40,663 nt of DNA from Kofleriaceae bacterium (GCA_046597055.1 JBKJLC010000193.1:1-40663), one strand, 5' to 3'; positions 11,214 to 22,495 are shown, counted from the stretch's first letter. Notes: generated by a model from the sequence alone, not told the origin. Numbers and translations: made by a program.

Positions 11214-13519
11214 GCGCGCACCCGCCGGCGGCGCGCGAGCAGGCCGATCGCGCCGGCGATCACGACCAGCTCGCCCCACGGCGTGGGCGCGTCGCCGCCG
11301 GTCCGGCACACGCAGGCCATGCCGGTGCGCAGGTCGTCACCGCCGGCGGCCGGCCCGCCGGGGCCACCGGGGCCCGCGTCGGGGTACTCGCCGAGGTCGA
11401 CCTCGCCGCAGTCGCTGGTCTCGTACCGCCCGGCGCGATCGAGCTGCGTCATCTGGTACGCGCCGGCGCCGTAGCCGACCATCGGGATCGAGCCGGCGTA
11501 CGCGCCGATCTGGCCGCTCGAGCTGCGCGTGTTGTAGAGCTCGGGCAGCAGGTCGAAGTTCACCGCCGCCTGGCCGGTCACCCAACCCAGGAGCTGGTCG
11601 GCCTGGGCGACCTCGCCGGCACGCCGGAACGCGGCCGACGCCCGCAGGTCGATCAGGATCCACTCGTCGGTGTCGTACTGGTCGGTCGAGCCCTCGAGGC
11701 GCTTGTAGCCCCCGGCCGGGGTCTTCAGGTACGAGAGCGCGCGCAAGGTCGCGGTCGCGATCGGGTCGTCGGCGCCGATCAGCGACCAGGTGAACGCCTC
11801 CACGGTCGCGCCGTCGCGGTAGTTCGAGCCCTGGGTCAGCTTCTGCAGCGAGCCGGCCAGCACCCGGTTGGAGTCGACGAACGCGTTCTTCAGCGCTTCG
11901 ACCGCGCGCCGCGACAGCTCGCGGTAGCGCTCGATGTCCTCGGGCCGGCCGGCGCGGCGGGCCAGCGCGGCCATGTCGCAGAAGCCACGCGCGGTGGCGG
12001 CGGTGGTGTACAGGAAGTGCTGGCGGTTGCCCCAGTGAACCTCCCAGATCGAGGCGTCGGCGATCGCCATGCCGTTGCTCTCGAGGTTGGCGGCCAGCGG
12101 CTCGGCGACCCCGGTCTTGATCGCGTCATAGACGCTGTCGCCCTTCTTCGTCATCGACGACAGCCACGCCGTATCCTCGCTGGCATCGACGTACGCGCGG
12201 GCCGCCCACAGGAACAGGCCCCAGCCGTCGATCTCGACGTTGCGGGTCGGCGCGCCCGAGTAGTCGGCCTCCTCCTCGCCGTCGCCGAAGTAGCGGACCG
12301 TGCTGATCCGGTAGTCGACGTTGTTGAGGTACGCGCCGTAGCGGCCGGCGTCGGCGCCGAGAAAGAAGTCGAGGCCCATGCGCGCTTCCTCCCAGTGTCC
12401 GGCGCGGGCCAGCGGCACGATCGCGTAGACCATGTCGCGGACCCAGCCGGTGTGCCAGCCACCGGGCGGCAGGCTGGCGAGGATCATCCCGTGGTTCTTG
12501 CGACGCGGCGAGGTCTGATACGGCTCGCGCACCTGGCCCATGCGCAGCACGGCCTCGGCCTGGCGCCACACCCGCAGCTCGGCGGGGCTGAGCCCCGGTG
12601 CCGGCGGCTTGCGCCACGCCTCCCACTCGGCGAGCGTGTCGGTGTAGAGCTGCTCGGGGCTGCGCCCGGCGAGAAAGGTGGTCCAGGCGCCGCGCGCGGC
12701 GGTGGCGTTGCCGTCGGCGTCGAACAGGACGGCCACGCCCCACCAGCGGGTCTCGCCGGCGGGCACCGAGCCGAGGTTGCGGACCAGGACGTTGGTGCGA
12801 TCGGTGCCGGCGCAGGTCGCCTGCATGGCCGGGTCCTGGCCGGCCGCGACCGCGGTGTACGCGTCGGTCGCGCAGCTCGAGCCGTCGACGCCGCCGATCG
12901 GCGCGTAGACCATGGCGCCTCCGCCGGGGCCGGTCTCCGACGCGGTCTGGCTGGCCTGATCGAACGTGATCGACTCGCCGTTGGCGCCGGGCACGTCCGG
13001 GTTGGGGGCGCTGCCGAGCTTGAAGTTGTGGATCGCGTACGCGGTGACCGACTGCGCCGACGACGAGGTGTTCTCGGCCCGCAGCAGCATGACCATCGCG
13101 TTGCCGTCGTAGCCGAACGGCGCGAAGAAGAACGTCTCGGTCTTCACGCTGCCGACGGTCGCGACCGAGCGGATGATGTTGCTCTGGTCGACGTAGCCGA
13201 CCTCGCTCGGATCGCGCGAGCCGAGCCACGCCGCCTGGGTACCGACCCGCACGCCGAAGAAGGTGTCGAACGCGAGGTTGCGGCGCACGATGCCATCGCC
13301 ATCGGGGTTGGCCGGGTTGGCGCGCAGGAAGCGGTAGGGCCGCTCCAGGTACTGCGTGATCGCGTTGGCGTCGACATCGAACACCTGGAAGCCGAACCCG
13401 TTGCCGGTGACGAGGTACTTGAACGAGCCGACTGGCTCGATCGCCTCCGCCGGCCGCGCAGGGACCGCCGCGATCAGGGTTGCGACCACCACCAGGGAGC
13501 CGTGCGCAGAGGACCTCAC
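11210..13519 (-). CDS. Secreted glycoside hydrolase family 15 (glucoamylase-like) with a C-terminal MYXO-CTERM-like anchor
   Basis: GH15 motifs WVRD, SIWEVH and LLPEL, and an N-terminal signal peptide. The tail is ACVCRTGG...W, a TM helix, then RRRR. Start placed at GTG 13519. Confidence 0.82.
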   Translation of the reverse strand: MRSSAHGSLVVVATLIAAVPARPAEAIEPVGSFKYLVTGNGFGFQVFDVDANAITQYLERPYRFLRANPANPDGDGIVRRNLAFDTFFGVRVGTQAAWLGSRDPSEVGYVDQSNIIRSVATVGSVKTETFFFAPFGYDGNAMVMLLRAENTSSSAQSVTAYAIHNFKLGSAPNPDVPGANGESITFDQASQTASETGPGGGAMVYAPIGGVDGSSCATDAYTAVAAGQDPAMQATCAGTDRTNVLVRNLGSVPAGETRWWGVAVLFDADGNATAARGAWTTFLAGRSPEQLYTDTLAEWEAWRKPPAPGLSPAELRVWRQAEAVLRMGQVREPYQTSPRRKNHGMILASLPPGGWHTGWVRDMVYAIVPLARAGHWEEARMGLDFFLGADAGRYGAYLNNVDYRISTVRYFGDGEEEADYSGAPTRNVEIDGWGLFLWAARAYVDASEDTAWLSSMTKKGDSVYDAIKTGVAEPLAANLESNGMAIADASIWEVHWGNRQHFLYTTAATARGFCDMAALARRAGRPEDIERYRELSRRAVEALKNAFVDSNRVLAGSLQKLTQGSNYRDGATVEAFTWSLIGADDPIATATLRALSYLKTPAGGYKRLEGSTDQYDTDEWILIDLRASAAFRRAGEVAQADQLLGWVTGQAAVNFDLLPELYNTRSSSGQIGAYAGSIPMVGYGAGAYQMTQLDRAGRYETSDCGEVDLGEYPDAGPGGPGGPAAGGDDLRTGMACVCRTGGDAPTPWGELVVIAGAIGLLARRRRVRA

Positions 13520-13531
13520 GGCGTGCCGGTG

Positions 13532-13547
13532 AGCAGGATGTGTGCCA
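13532..13547 (-). promoter_or_regulatory. Putative sigma54 (-24/-12) promoter of the GH15-ABC-porin operon
   Basis: TGGCAC-ACATC-CTGCT with exact GG-N10-GC spacing. The predicted TSS (~13521) lies next to GTG 13519. Confidence 0.6.
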
Positions 13548-13609
13548 CCGCTTGCCGGGACTGAAGCCACCAGATCCACGTTTCCGGCACGTGTCGTCGG
13601 CGTGAGTCG

Positions 13610-13624
13610 GTTGCGAAACGCAAC
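13610..13624. promoter_or_regulatory. Palindromic regulator/enhancer site GTTGCG-AAA-CGCAAC
   Basis: Perfect 6-3-6 inverted repeat, ~100 bp from both predicted divergent TSSs. Confidence 0.5.
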
Positions 13625-13698
13625 GTCAGCCGGCCCAGCTGGCGCTGCGATTGTCACCTCGCGGCCGGCGATCGCTGCGGGTCCGCGGCGTTACCAGC

Positions 13699-13714
13699 TG
13701 GCACGTGGCTTGAT
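13699..13714 (+). promoter_or_regulatory. Putative sigma54-like promoter of the CBM48 lipoprotein gene
   Basis: TGGCACG-TGGC-TTGAT gives GG-N10-GA, one mismatch at -12. The predicted TSS (~13725) lies next to ATG 13727. Confidence 0.45.
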
Positions 13715-13726
13715 CATCGCCGCTCG

Positions 13727-14155
13727 ATGCGCGCCGCCGTGGTCCTCGCTGCCGTCACCCTCGCGGGCTGTCATCCGCCGGGATGGGACCGGGCCGAGGG
13801 GGTCGACGCGGCCGCCAGCGTGGACAGCGCGTCGGGCGACGACGCCGCCGCGAGCCCCGACGCGAGCCTCGACGCGGTCGCGAGCTGCCTGAAGAGCTTC
13901 CGGCTCGATGGCCACGGCGCGGCCGCGAGCGTGCTCGTCACCGGCGACTTCGTTGCGTGGGCCGGGACCGCCGCTGACGGCGCGGTCGCGATGACGCTCG
14001 GCGCCGACGCCGCGTGGACCGCGCAGCGATCGTTCGAGCCGGGGACCTATCAGTACCGGTTCGTCATCGACGGCACCTGGCTACCGGATCCGGCCAATCC
14101 CACCACCGTCGACAACGGGCTCGGCGGCGTGAACAGCGTCGTCAGCTGTCCCTGA
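13727..14155 (+). CDS. Lipoprotein with a CBM48/AMPK-beta-type glycogen-binding domain
   Basis: Lipobox LAGC, then VTGDFVAW and PGTYQYRFVIDGTWLPDPANP...GGVNSV. Confidence 0.85.
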   Translation: MRAAVVLAAVTLAGCHPPGWDRAEGVDAAASVDSASGDDAAASPDASLDAVASCLKSFRLDGHGAAASVLVTGDFVAWAGTAADGAVAMTLGADAAWTAQRSFEPGTYQYRFVIDGTWLPDPANPTTVDNGLGGVNSVVSCP

Positions 14156-14158
14156 CGG

Positions 14159-15595
14159 TCACGACCCGGCGCCGCAGCGCGAGGCGCGGTCGAGCGTGGC
14201 GGCGTCGAGCACGCACTGGCGATCGGCATCGGGCCAGTCCTCCTGCGCGCACTGCGCCAGAAACTGCTCGAGATAGGCCGGCAGGCCCGCCTGGATCTCC
14301 GCCAGCGCGGCCTGCCGCTCGGCCGGCGTGACCGCACCGAGCTGCTGCTCGGCTTCCACGCCGATCAGCGCGACCGCCTTCTCGGCGACCTGCTCGCACG
14401 GGATCGCATGGCCCGCGCTGACCGGCGTCGGCCGCGGCGCCGGGTCCTCGTCATCCTCGTCGTCACCGGCCGGCTCGCCGACCGCGACCGTGGGCGCCGG
14501 GTCGGGCGTGGTCTCGTCGGCCGGCACCGACGGCGTGTAGTCGATCTCCTCGGCGGCGTCGTTGGTCAGGTGCGGCTCGAGCAGCTTGCGCCAGCTCGCC
14601 TGGATCTTCCCGTACTCCTCCTGGCAGCGGGCGGCGCGGGCCTTCGGCAGATTGCCATCGGCGACGAAGCTGCCGTACTTCTGCGGGTCGGAGCCGTAGA
14701 TCAGACACATGATGTTGTAGAAGCGCTGGCCGTCGAAGGCGTGCTCGTCCCAGAACGGGGTCTCGGCGCCGGCCTTCTGCTGGAGCTGGAACCAGTAGGC
14801 GCCCGACAGCGCCATCGCGACCCCGTCGTCGCCGGCGGCGAGCAGGATGAGCGTCGCCAGCTGATCGACCGCGTCTTCCTCGCGCCCGACCGCCGGCAGG
14901 TCGAGCTGGTGGATCAGCGCGTGGCCGGCCTCGTGATAGAAGCCGAACACGGTGGCGCCGACCACCGCCTGGCCGAGCTGCTCGTCGCTGCTCGCGGTCG
15001 ACTTGAAGATGTTGACGAAGTACGTCATCAGCTCGTAACAGACGATGATCCGCTTGCCGTTCGGATCGTAGAACGCGTTGATCACACCGCAGTCGGTGAG
15101 CTGGATGTCGACCACCCGCGGCAGCCGCACGGTCTTGTTGAGCCCGTCGGCGACCCGCTCGAACACCTGGTTCTCGGCGAGGATCGTGCGGAACTGCTCG
15201 TGAACCTGGTTCGGCGAAGCGGCGTAGGCGACCCGGAAGCCGGTCTGCTCGACGCCGGCAAAGCCACGCATGGACCCGGTCGCGATGCCGGTCTTGGCGA
15301 TCCGCGCCGGGTTGACCGGCTTGCCGGTCGCGGCCGGCTCGGTGCCGAGGCCCTCCATCTTCGCCAGCTGCTCGCCGGCGGCGGCGCCCATCTTCGAGGC
15401 CAGGGTCGGCGGCGCCACATCGGAGTTCTTGGGCGGCCGGGCCGCCCACGGGTCGTCGTCGACCGGTGCCGCGCCGGCGTCGCCCGGCGCCGCGGCCCAC
15501 GGATCGGTCCTGGCCAACTCGTCCGGCTTGGCCTTCGAGCAAGCCGCGACCGCGACGAGCCCGAGCGTGATCGCGAGACGTGAGCGCAGCTTCAT
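14159..15595 (-). CDS. DUF4344-family zincin metallopeptidase lipoprotein
   Basis: Lipobox VAAC, CGVINAFYDP, HEAGH...GREEDAVDQLA and WDEH...QRFYNIMCLIYGSDP. A small four-Cys helical domain ends the protein. Confidence 0.85.
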   Translation of the reverse strand: MKLRSRLAITLGLVAVAACSKAKPDELARTDPWAAAPGDAGAAPVDDDPWAARPPKNSDVAPPTLASKMGAAAGEQLAKMEGLGTEPAATGKPVNPARIAKTGIATGSMRGFAGVEQTGFRVAYAASPNQVHEQFRTILAENQVFERVADGLNKTVRLPRVVDIQLTDCGVINAFYDPNGKRIIVCYELMTYFVNIFKSTASSDEQLGQAVVGATVFGFYHEAGHALIHQLDLPAVGREEDAVDQLATLILLAAGDDGVAMALSGAYWFQLQQKAGAETPFWDEHAFDGQRFYNIMCLIYGSDPQKYGSFVADGNLPKARAARCQEEYGKIQASWRKLLEPHLTNDAAEEIDYTPSVPADETTPDPAPTVAVGEPAGDDEDDEDPAPRPTPVSAGHAIPCEQVAEKAVALIGVEAEQQLGAVTPAERQAALAEIQAGLPAYLEQFLAQCAQEDWPDADRQCVLDAATLDRASRCGAGS

Positions 15596-15742
15596 CCGGT
15601 CACCCCCGACCGACGAGCATAACGCGGTTCGGCGTCAGCAGACCGTACTCCATAGCTCTGTGGCAGAAGGCAGACCTCGTACCTGACTCGTGACCCCGGA
15701 CCCCGGAGTCAGTGTTGACCGCTTCGCTCCGCTCGCTGGGGG

Positions 15743-17028
<1,286 letters not shown>

Positions 17029-17032
<4 letters not shown>

Positions 17033-18411
17033 CGTGGCCTCCGACCGCGCGGCCAGATCCGCTCGACCGGCGCGGCCAGCGGCGCGTCGTCGACCTCCTC
17101 GTCGGCCGGCGTGCTGCCGTCGGGCTCGGCGATGATCACCGTGCGCGCGCGCGGCACCAGGTACTCGCGGGTGACCCGGATCAGGTCGGCCGCGGTCACC
17201 GCCGCGATCCGCTCGCCGAGCTCGCCGAGCGTGCGGAAGTCGCCGAGCGCGGTCTCGTGATGGCCGAGCGCCTCGGCCTTGCCGTCGGCGTCGACCAGCG
17301 CGGCCCAGTAGTCGGTCTCGGCCAGGTTCTTGGCCTTCTGCAGCTCGGCCTCGTCGGGGCCAAGCTCGGCCAGCTCGGCGATCACGCGATCGAGCTCGGC
17401 CAGCGACTCCTCGGCGCGGTGACCGCGCGCGCAGGTCACCGCGACCCGCAAGAGCGACGGATCCCGGAACGGCGTCAGCTGCACGTCGACGGTCGACGCC
17501 AGCTCGCGCTCGATCACGAGGCGGCGATGCAGCCGCGCCGACGGGCTGCCCGCGAGCAGCGTGGTGACCAGCTCGAGCGGGGCCCAGTCGGCGTGGTGCT
17601 GGCCCACCGCCTTCCAGCCGAGCAGGATGCGATCGCTGCCGATCGGCCGGCGCGCGCGGCGCACCCGCTCGGCCAGCTGGGGCGGCTCGGGCAGCTCGGC
17701 GCGGACGGGCAGGTTGGCCGGCGGCAGGTGGCCGTAGGCGGCCTGCACCAGCTCGAGCAGGCGGCGCTCATCGACGTCGCCGACCACGACCACGGTCGCG
17801 TTGTCGGGCGTGTACCAGCGTCGGTAGAACCCCTTGATGTCGTCGAGGCCGACGCCGCGGATGTCGGTCATCCAGCCGATGGTCGGCCACCGGTAGGGAT
17901 GGACCTCGAACGCGGTCGCCATCAGCTGCTCGTCGAGCCAGCCGTCGACGTCGTCCTCGACCCGCTCGCGGCGTTCGTTGGTGACGACGTCGCGCTCGGG
18001 CTCGACCGTGTCGGGCGTCAGCACCAGCCGGCTCATGCGCTCGCTCTCGAGCCGCACCGCCAGCTCGAGCTCTGCCGCCGGCAGGCTCAGCCGGTAGTGG
18101 GTCCAGTCGACCCACGTCGCGGCGTTGCTCTCGCCGCCGGTCCGTTCGACCACCCGGTCGAACTCACCGGGGGCGAGCGTCTCGGTCTGGTTGAACATCA
18201 GGTGCTCGAACAGGTGGGCGAGGCCGGTCTTGCCCGGCTCCTCGTGACGCGACCCGACCCGGTACCAGGTCTGGTACGAGACGATCGGCGCGATCCGGTC
18301 GACCACGGCGATGACGCCGAGCCCGTTGGCGAGCCGCCAGCGCCGCGCGACCAGCGTGCGGCCGAGTCGGCCTTCGGCCTCGAGTGTCACGCCGGCAGGC
18401 GCGTCGATCAT
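17029..18411 (-). CDS. M16 (pitrilysin) family zinc peptidase, catalytic subunit
   Basis: LANGL, YRVGSRHE, GLAHLFEHLMF (HXXEH), NAATW, HPYRWPTIGW and YTPDNA. Confidence 0.93.
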
Positions 18412-18480
18412 TCAGTGGTTCTAGCACGAGGTCCGCGCGCGAGGAGCCGCGCCCCAGCGAGCGTCGTACGCGGGCAGACC

Positions 18481-19626
18481 TCAGCCCGGCAGCGCGCCCG
18501 GGCCGTCGAACCCGATCACGCCGGCCGCGGCGAGCGCGCGCAACCGCGGCCCGGCGGCGAACGCCTGCGAGGGGGCCAGCACGCCGACGGGGCCGCCGGT
18601 GCGGGTCGCCAGCGCGAGCGCCGCCTCGGCCGCGATCGTGGCGGTGGTCGCGTAGACGTCTCCGCCGGCGACGACCACCTGGGCGCGCTCGTGGCCGCGC
18701 CGCGCCTGCGCGACCACGGCGAACCGCGCGCGCGCCCGCGCGTCGGCGTCGGGGACCCGGGTCGGATCGACCAGCGGCGCCAGCAGCGCGTCGAGCCAGC
18801 GCCCGGCCACGCCGCCCGCCAGCGCGAACAGCGGCGCCGCCCGCTCGTACATCGCCCACGCGCCGCCGAGCGCCACGTAGGTCTCGACCGCGGCGACCTC
18901 GAGGTGGCGCGGCACCGTGATGATCTCGCCGGCCGGAAACGAGCGCGCGCTGCGCGGCCCGCGCGGGCCGAAGTCGAGGTCGAGGCGGCGCGCGCCCGGG
19001 CGCACCGGGTCCCAGCGGTGGCTGCGCCAGGTCACGCCGGGCCCGGTCACGGTCGCCAGCAGCGAGCGCTGGGTCCCCGGCGTCGGCGTGAACTCGTCGA
19101 GCGCGTAGCCGATCGCGAGCTCGTCGAGCGGCGGGGTGGCGACCAGCCGGTCGGTGCCGTCGGCGAGCGTGGCGTCGCCGGCCAGCGCGGCGGCGGCGCA
19201 GCGCGCGGCCCAGTCGCCGAGCGCGACCTCGACGCCCATCCCGCTGACCACCGCCAGCCCGGCGCGCCGCGCGGTCGACTCGTGCTCCTCGTAGGACGCG
19301 CGCAGGAACGCCTGCTCGCGGGCGAGGTCGATCCAGTGGGCCCCCGCAGCCAGCGCGGCGGCCAGCACCGGCGCGCCGATCCGGGCGAACGGCCCGGCAC
19401 AGCCGATCACGACCCGGGCCCCCGCGAAGGCACGCGCCAGCGCCGCGGGATCGTGGGCGGCCGCGACCAGCACCGGCGGATCACCGAGCCGGGCCGCCAC
19501 CGCGCGCAGCCGCACCCGATCGCGCCCGACCAGCACCACGCGCGCGCCGCGCGCCACCAGCGCGGCCGCGACCAGCGCGCCGGTGGTGCCGCTGGCCCCA
19601 TAGATGAAGATCGCCTCGGTCGACAT
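18481..19626 (-). CDS. Saccharopine dehydrogenase-like NAD(P)-binding oxidoreductase (trans-acting enoyl reductase family)
   Basis: IYGASGTTG Rossmann motif, CAGPF...G.PV and HWIDLARE. ATG 19626 overlaps the upstream TGA. Confidence 0.82.
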   Translation of the reverse strand: MSTEAIFIYGASGTTGALVAAALVARGARVVLVGRDRVRLRAVAARLGDPPVLVAAAHDPAALARAFAGARVVIGCAGPFARIGAPVLAAALAAGAHWIDLAREQAFLRASYEEHESTARRAGLAVVSGMGVEVALGDWAARCAAAALAGDATLADGTDRLVATPPLDELAIGYALDEFTPTPGTQRSLLATVTGPGVTWRSHRWDPVRPGARRLDLDFGPRGPRSARSFPAGEIITVPRHLEVAAVETYVALGGAWAMYERAAPLFALAGGVAGRWLDALLAPLVDPTRVPDADARARARFAVVAQARRGHERAQVVVAGGDVYATTATIAAEAALALATRTGGPVGVLAPSQAFAAGPRLRALAAAGVIGFDGPGALPG

Positions 19627-21059
19627 CAACGTACCTCGACGCGCAGGGCGAGCCACGCGACGTGGTCCCATCGCCGGTAGGTCCCAGCCGCGCTGGGCAG
19701 GCCATAGCCGGCGCGCACGGTCGCGCACGCCGGGAGATCGAAGTCGTGGCCGCGGTCGACGCAGTCGAGTCGGTCGATCGGATCGAACGCGCTCGGGTCG
19801 GCGTCGACCGGCAGCTGGTAGCCGAGCTGGTAGCCGGCCTGCACGATCCACTGCGAGCCGACGCGAAGCTGGCCTCCGATCGCCGCCGTCATCTCGGGCC
19901 CCCAGGGCGAGGTCGGCGAGATCCGATGGCCGCCGGTCGCGCCGGTGTCGACGCCGAACCGACCGCCGACGATCAGGGGCTGCCCGACGTCGATCTGCTC
20001 GAGGCCGAGCTCGACCGCGACCGCGTCACGCAGGCCGCGCGCGCGCGGGAAGTACTCGGGCACGCGGCCCGCTTCGAGATCGCCGCCGTGGGTGCGCACG
20101 TCGAAGGTGCCGACGTTGGCCAGCCGCCGCCAGCGCACCTCGGTGACGATCTCCCACTCGGGCGCGACCGCGGTGCGGGTGCCCAGCCGCCACACCTCGG
20201 GCAGCTCGACGAACACGGTGGCTTCGCCGCTGGCGACCCCGCCACCGTCGCGGGGCGCGGCGTCGATCCGGGCGGTGCCCGAAAGCTCGAACGAGCCCAG
20301 GCTCCACGGTCGCTGGTACGACAGGCCGAGCAGGGTCGCGCTGGGCAGGCGGACCAGCAGCCCCGCCGACAGGATCAGGTTGTTGATGTCGAGCAGGTAA
20401 TCGGGGGCGACCCGGAGCGTCCACAGCTCGGTGGCAGCCGGGTGCTCGAGGCCACACGCCACGCCGCCGCAGTCGCTGGTGACGCCGCGGTCGGGATCGC
20501 GACCGGCGTCGAGCGCCGTGTCGCGCGCGAACTGGAGCGTGGTGCGGCGTTCGGACAGCGTGGCGGAGAATGCCAGGTGGATCGCGCGCCCGTAGCGGTA
20601 GCCGCCGGCGAGCGAGAACCAGTCGACCCGCCGGCTGCGGGTGCCCAGGCTGTGGTAGGCGAGGGCGGCCTCGCCGGTCAGGGTCTCTTCGGGCGGCGCC
20701 AGCGCGGTGGTGGCCGCGATCATGCCGCCAGGCCACGCGAGGATCGCGCCGACCTGACCGCCGGCGCCGAAGGTCCGGCCCCGCGCGGTCGCGCCGGGCG
20801 CGCTGGCGCCGTCGGCGCTGACCACGTCGCGCGCGACCGAGATCTGCTCGAGGCGGGCCGCGCCGTTGAGGAACAGGTGCCAGCCGGGGATCAACCGCAG
20901 CAGGCTGGCCGGATTGGCGATGATGCTGCCGGTGTGAGCCCCGGTCGGGCCGGCGAACACCGCGCCATCGAAGGCCTCCTCCGCCGGCGACGCCGACGCC
21001 GCGGCGCCGAACCACGCCGGCGCGACCAGCGCGGCGATCGCGACCCAGCGGACGAGCAC
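19626..21059 (-). CDS. Outer-membrane beta-barrel, FadL/OmpP1-like transporter
   Basis: Signal peptide, an N-terminal NPA hatch motif (IIANPASL), amphipathic beta strands and two Cys pairs in loops. Confidence 0.6.
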   Translation of the reverse strand: MLVRWVAIAALVAPAWFGAAASASPAEEAFDGAVFAGPTGAHTGSIIANPASLLRLIPGWHLFLNGAARLEQISVARDVVSADGASAPGATARGRTFGAGGQVGAILAWPGGMIAATTALAPPEETLTGEAALAYHSLGTRSRRVDWFSLAGGYRYGRAIHLAFSATLSERRTTLQFARDTALDAGRDPDRGVTSDCGGVACGLEHPAATELWTLRVAPDYLLDINNLILSAGLLVRLPSATLLGLSYQRPWSLGSFELSGTARIDAAPRDGGGVASGEATVFVELPEVWRLGTRTAVAPEWEIVTEVRWRRLANVGTFDVRTHGGDLEAGRVPEYFPRARGLRDAVAVELGLEQIDVGQPLIVGGRFGVDTGATGGHRISPTSPWGPEMTAAIGGQLRVGSQWIVQAGYQLGYQLPVDADPSAFDPIDRLDCVDRGHDFDLPACATVRAGYGLPSAAGTYRRWDHVAWLALRVEVR

Positions 21060-21111
21060 CGCCGCACGGTAGCACCGATGCCTCGGGCCCGCTCGCGACG
21101 CCTCCCCCGGT

Positions 21112-21140
21112 TTGACGGCCCGCGAGGTGGCTCCTATCAT
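21112..21140 (+). promoter_or_regulatory. Sigma70-type promoter TTGACG-N17-TATCAT
   Basis: Near-consensus hexamers with a 17-nt spacer, upstream of TTG 21164. Confidence 0.65.
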
Positions 21141-21163
21141 CGCGCGCTCAACCCGAGGTCGCC

Positions 21164-22495
21164 TTGACTCGATCATTCTTCGCCACGTTGTTTCTCCTCG
21201 GCGCCTTCGCCTGTCTCGGTGTCGGTCTGACCGGCTGCGAGAAGACGTCCCACGACAGTCTCGACAAGTGGATGACCTCGAAGAAGGGGCCCGGCAAGCT
21301 CAGGTCGGCCCTGACCGACTCGAGCCTGGATCCCGATCTGTCGGCGCACGCCGCGCAGAACCTGCTCCGCCGCGGCGAGGAAGAGCACGTCCACAAGGCG
21401 CTCGAGACGATGAATACGCCCCGGCGCGAGCTGGTGGTCGCCAAGCTCGCGCCCCGGCTGTGGGCGATGGCGCGGCTCGAGGGCGAGATGGCGCAGCCGA
21501 CGCCCGCGCAGATGACCGCGAAGGACACCCTGTTCGAGGTGCGCGGTTGGGCCGATGTCGGCACCCGCGACGTCATCGACGGCTACCTCACCGACTGGCT
21601 TACCGGCGGCTACTTCGAGGGGCGCGCGGTCGCCGGGCGCTACCAGGGCGTGCAGGTGATCCGCGCGCTCGGACCCAAGGCGGGCGAGCGCCTGATCGCC
21701 GAGGCCAACCGCGTGATCGCCACGCCCGATCGCGACGGCCGCCGCCGCGCGATCGGCGGCCAGCTGCTGCTCGGCCTGGCCGCGTCCGGCTCGCCCGACG
21801 CGGTCAAGCTGGTGCTCGACATCTTCGCGATGGATCGTGGGGACGAGTCGCTGCCCGGGCGCGCGATGGGGGCCCTGTTCCGCGCGTACCTGGATCCCCA
21901 GGGCCTGTTCGATCTGGCCGATCCCAAGGCGCTGGTGCCGAGCGTGGGGCGGCTGGCCGAGATCGCCAAGGACGACCGCCAGAGCGCGCAGACGACCAAC
22001 GATGCCGTGCAGCTGATCCGCGCCGCCGGGCTGCCGCACTGCCTGGATCCGCTGGTGTCGATGGTCGCGCATCCGCATCGCGATCCCCGGTTCCGCTGGG
22101 TCGCGGTCAACAATGCGCTGCGCTGCGGCGGCGCCGGGGCGCTCGGCAAGGTCGCCGAGCTGCTGCCGACCGCGGGGGCCGAGGCCAGCTACGAGGCCGA
22201 GGTGCTCGGCGGCGCGACCTGGAAGAGCTTCAACGCCATGGGCGACCGCGACGCGTTCGTCGAGTCGTCGCGGGCGCTGCTCGGCTCGTCGAGCTGGGTC
22301 GCGCGCTGGCTCGGGATGGAGGCGCTCGGCGCGCTGCAGTCGAAGGCCGATGCCGGTCGCATCGCCGCCCTCGCGAAGGACCGCGCCAGGCTGACCGGCT
22401 TCTGGGGCGACCAGACCGAGGTCGTGAAGGGCGATCGCAAGCCCGAGCCCACGCTCGGTCAACGGGCGCAGGAGATCGCGCAAGCCTTGAAGTAG
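21164..22495 (+). CDS. Hypothetical all-alpha (HEAT/ARM-like) lipoprotein
   Basis: Lipobox LTGC, host-like codon usage and a repetitive helical pattern. Confidence 0.7.
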   Translation: MTRSFFATLFLLGAFACLGVGLTGCEKTSHDSLDKWMTSKKGPGKLRSALTDSSLDPDLSAHAAQNLLRRGEEEHVHKALETMNTPRRELVVAKLAPRLWAMARLEGEMAQPTPAQMTAKDTLFEVRGWADVGTRDVIDGYLTDWLTGGYFEGRAVAGRYQGVQVIRALGPKAGERLIAEANRVIATPDRDGRRRAIGGQLLLGLAASGSPDAVKLVLDIFAMDRGDESLPGRAMGALFRAYLDPQGLFDLADPKALVPSVGRLAEIAKDDRQSAQTTNDAVQLIRAAGLPHCLDPLVSMVAHPHRDPRFRWVAVNNALRCGGAGALGKVAELLPTAGAEASYEAEVLGGATWKSFNAMGDRDAFVESSRALLGSSSWVARWLGMEALGALQSKADAGRIAALAKDRARLTGFWGDQTEVVKGDRKPEPTLGQRAQEIAQALK

